The notes below the pieces were generated by a model. It did no database searches, was not told the origin of the DNA, and worked only from the letters and a program-made list of their open reading frames with translations. Of a stretch of DNA of 64,000 bases, positions 63,041-64,000 are shown one piece after another. The stretch lies in the NCBI GenBank assembly GCA_965113315.1, contig OZ220363.1. The stretch is one strand, 5' to 3'. The position numbers and the translations under genes were made by a program. Numbering within the stretch: position 1 is the first letter of the stretch; every line of letters starts with the position of its first letter. Source of the DNA: Podarcis vaucheri (taxonomy: Eukaryota).

Positions 63041-63577
63041 CTAGCAAGGAAGAAAACATATATGAGATCCATTTGATATTGTAAATACCACTGAAGAGGA
63101 TTTTAACTTTTGGTCCTATTCCTATTCCTCCGTCATATGTTGATTATGGGTCCTTGCCTTAGGTATGTCTATCATTTGGCTTGATTGTTATTTAAATAAA
63201 GCATACAAAGTTTTGCAAAGTTTGAAGACCAAGTACCCGTAGTTTGGCCAAGAATATGGCCAAAAATGTACATAGTGAGAAGACTAGCGCAGGAGGGGAG
63301 ACAAGGGAAACATTGTTTTTAAGGCACCTTAAATCTCAGAAAAGAAGTTTGACAAAAACAAATTAAGAGATTAAGAAAAGATTGGGAACATACTCCAGAA
63401 ACAGCAAAAACGAGGATGAACAAGAGCAATAAGAAGTCAGTGAGAATGAAGGATGTAAGCAGGGACCTGCCAGCATTAGGGTAGGTAAGAGACAGAAGGA
63501 GACTTGAAATCTGCCTTCACAAACAAATATCATTTCTGATCCCCCATAGCAAGATATGGTTTATAAATACGACTTAC

Positions 63578-63889
63578 ATCGCTTTGTAATTCATATACTT
63601 TCTTAGCATGGATGACATCATTTTGGTCCGGGAGACATGTCCATTGGTGCAGAAAATGACGGTAATCGATATCGCTGACCAGTTTCTGACAATTCTTAGC
63701 GTGCAAGACCTCCAGCATATCCACAGGGCTGATATACTTGGTCTTCCATTTCTCAAAGTCTTTCTTGTATTCCCTCTCACTCTGTATCTTGGCTACATTC
63801 ATAGAATGCACAAGTTTTGGGTCGTCCTGTATGCTGCGTGCTCCAATGTGATGCCCCTGTTGCTTGCGGTAACCTTCTTTGTACTTGTA
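63578..63889 (-). CDS. NEB: Nebulin super-repeat exon, 312 nt
   Basis: [25 protein letters not shown]...[12 protein letters not shown]. Confidence 0.95.
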
Positions 63890-64000
63890 CTGAAATCACA
63901 AACAAAGTTTGTTGCAAAGACAAGAACGACAAAATCCGGAATCGTTAGCAGATCTATCCCAATGGAGGCGCCATGTCAGAACTGTTTGCAAATGTGTCCT

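Larger units (their letters stand above)
838..63889 (-). other. NEB: Nebulin gene, internal part (74 coding exons; gene continues beyond both window ends)
   Basis: Exons splice in frame into continuous SDxxYK modules with periodic WL(K/R)GIG(W/C) super-repeat motifs. Peptides such as YLYVELATKERPHHHAG and FLQHGCNEILRPDMLTALYN match vertebrate nebulin as I recall it. Confidence 0.98.

Noticed and set aside
32400-63889. Periodic repeats as a CRISPR-like array or a separate paralogous gene/pseudogene (nebulette, NRAP)
   Set aside because: Vertebrate intron-exon DNA; all repeats splice into one uninterrupted NEB frame with no stops, start or terminal exons.

Overview
Eukaryotic genomic DNA from a squamate reptile. 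The Sauria-type SINEs point to a lacertid lizard such as Podarcis (inference). The whole window lies inside the nebulin gene (NEB) on the minus strand; neither gene end is present. I traced 74 coding exons by hand (838-63889). All have GT-AG boundaries and are phase 0, and they encode ~35-aa SDxxYK actin-binding modules grouped into 7-module super-repeats, with 15 WLxGxG motifs. From ~32.7 kb upward each super-repeat is a 4-exon cassette (204+105+108/105+312 nt). The window includes orthologues of the mutually exclusive human exons 143/144. Human exon numbers given below are counted from that pair and are tentative. Introns hold Sauria SINEs, hAT and Tc1/mariner MITEs, RTE/L2/CR1/L1-like LINE ends, a Penelope-derived palindrome and microsatellites. 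I found no evidence of a new gene system. The most interesting signals concern how the nebulin repeat array evolves. (1) Two lineage-level super-repeat duplications show patchy homogenisation. (2) A chimeric 312-nt exon appears to record an unequal crossover. (3) A retro-insertion has duplicated a splice acceptor through its TSD. (4) A 29-bp duplication has cloned a splice donor out of frame. (5) RBFOX motifs and a duplicated hairpin surround the exon 143/144 switch.
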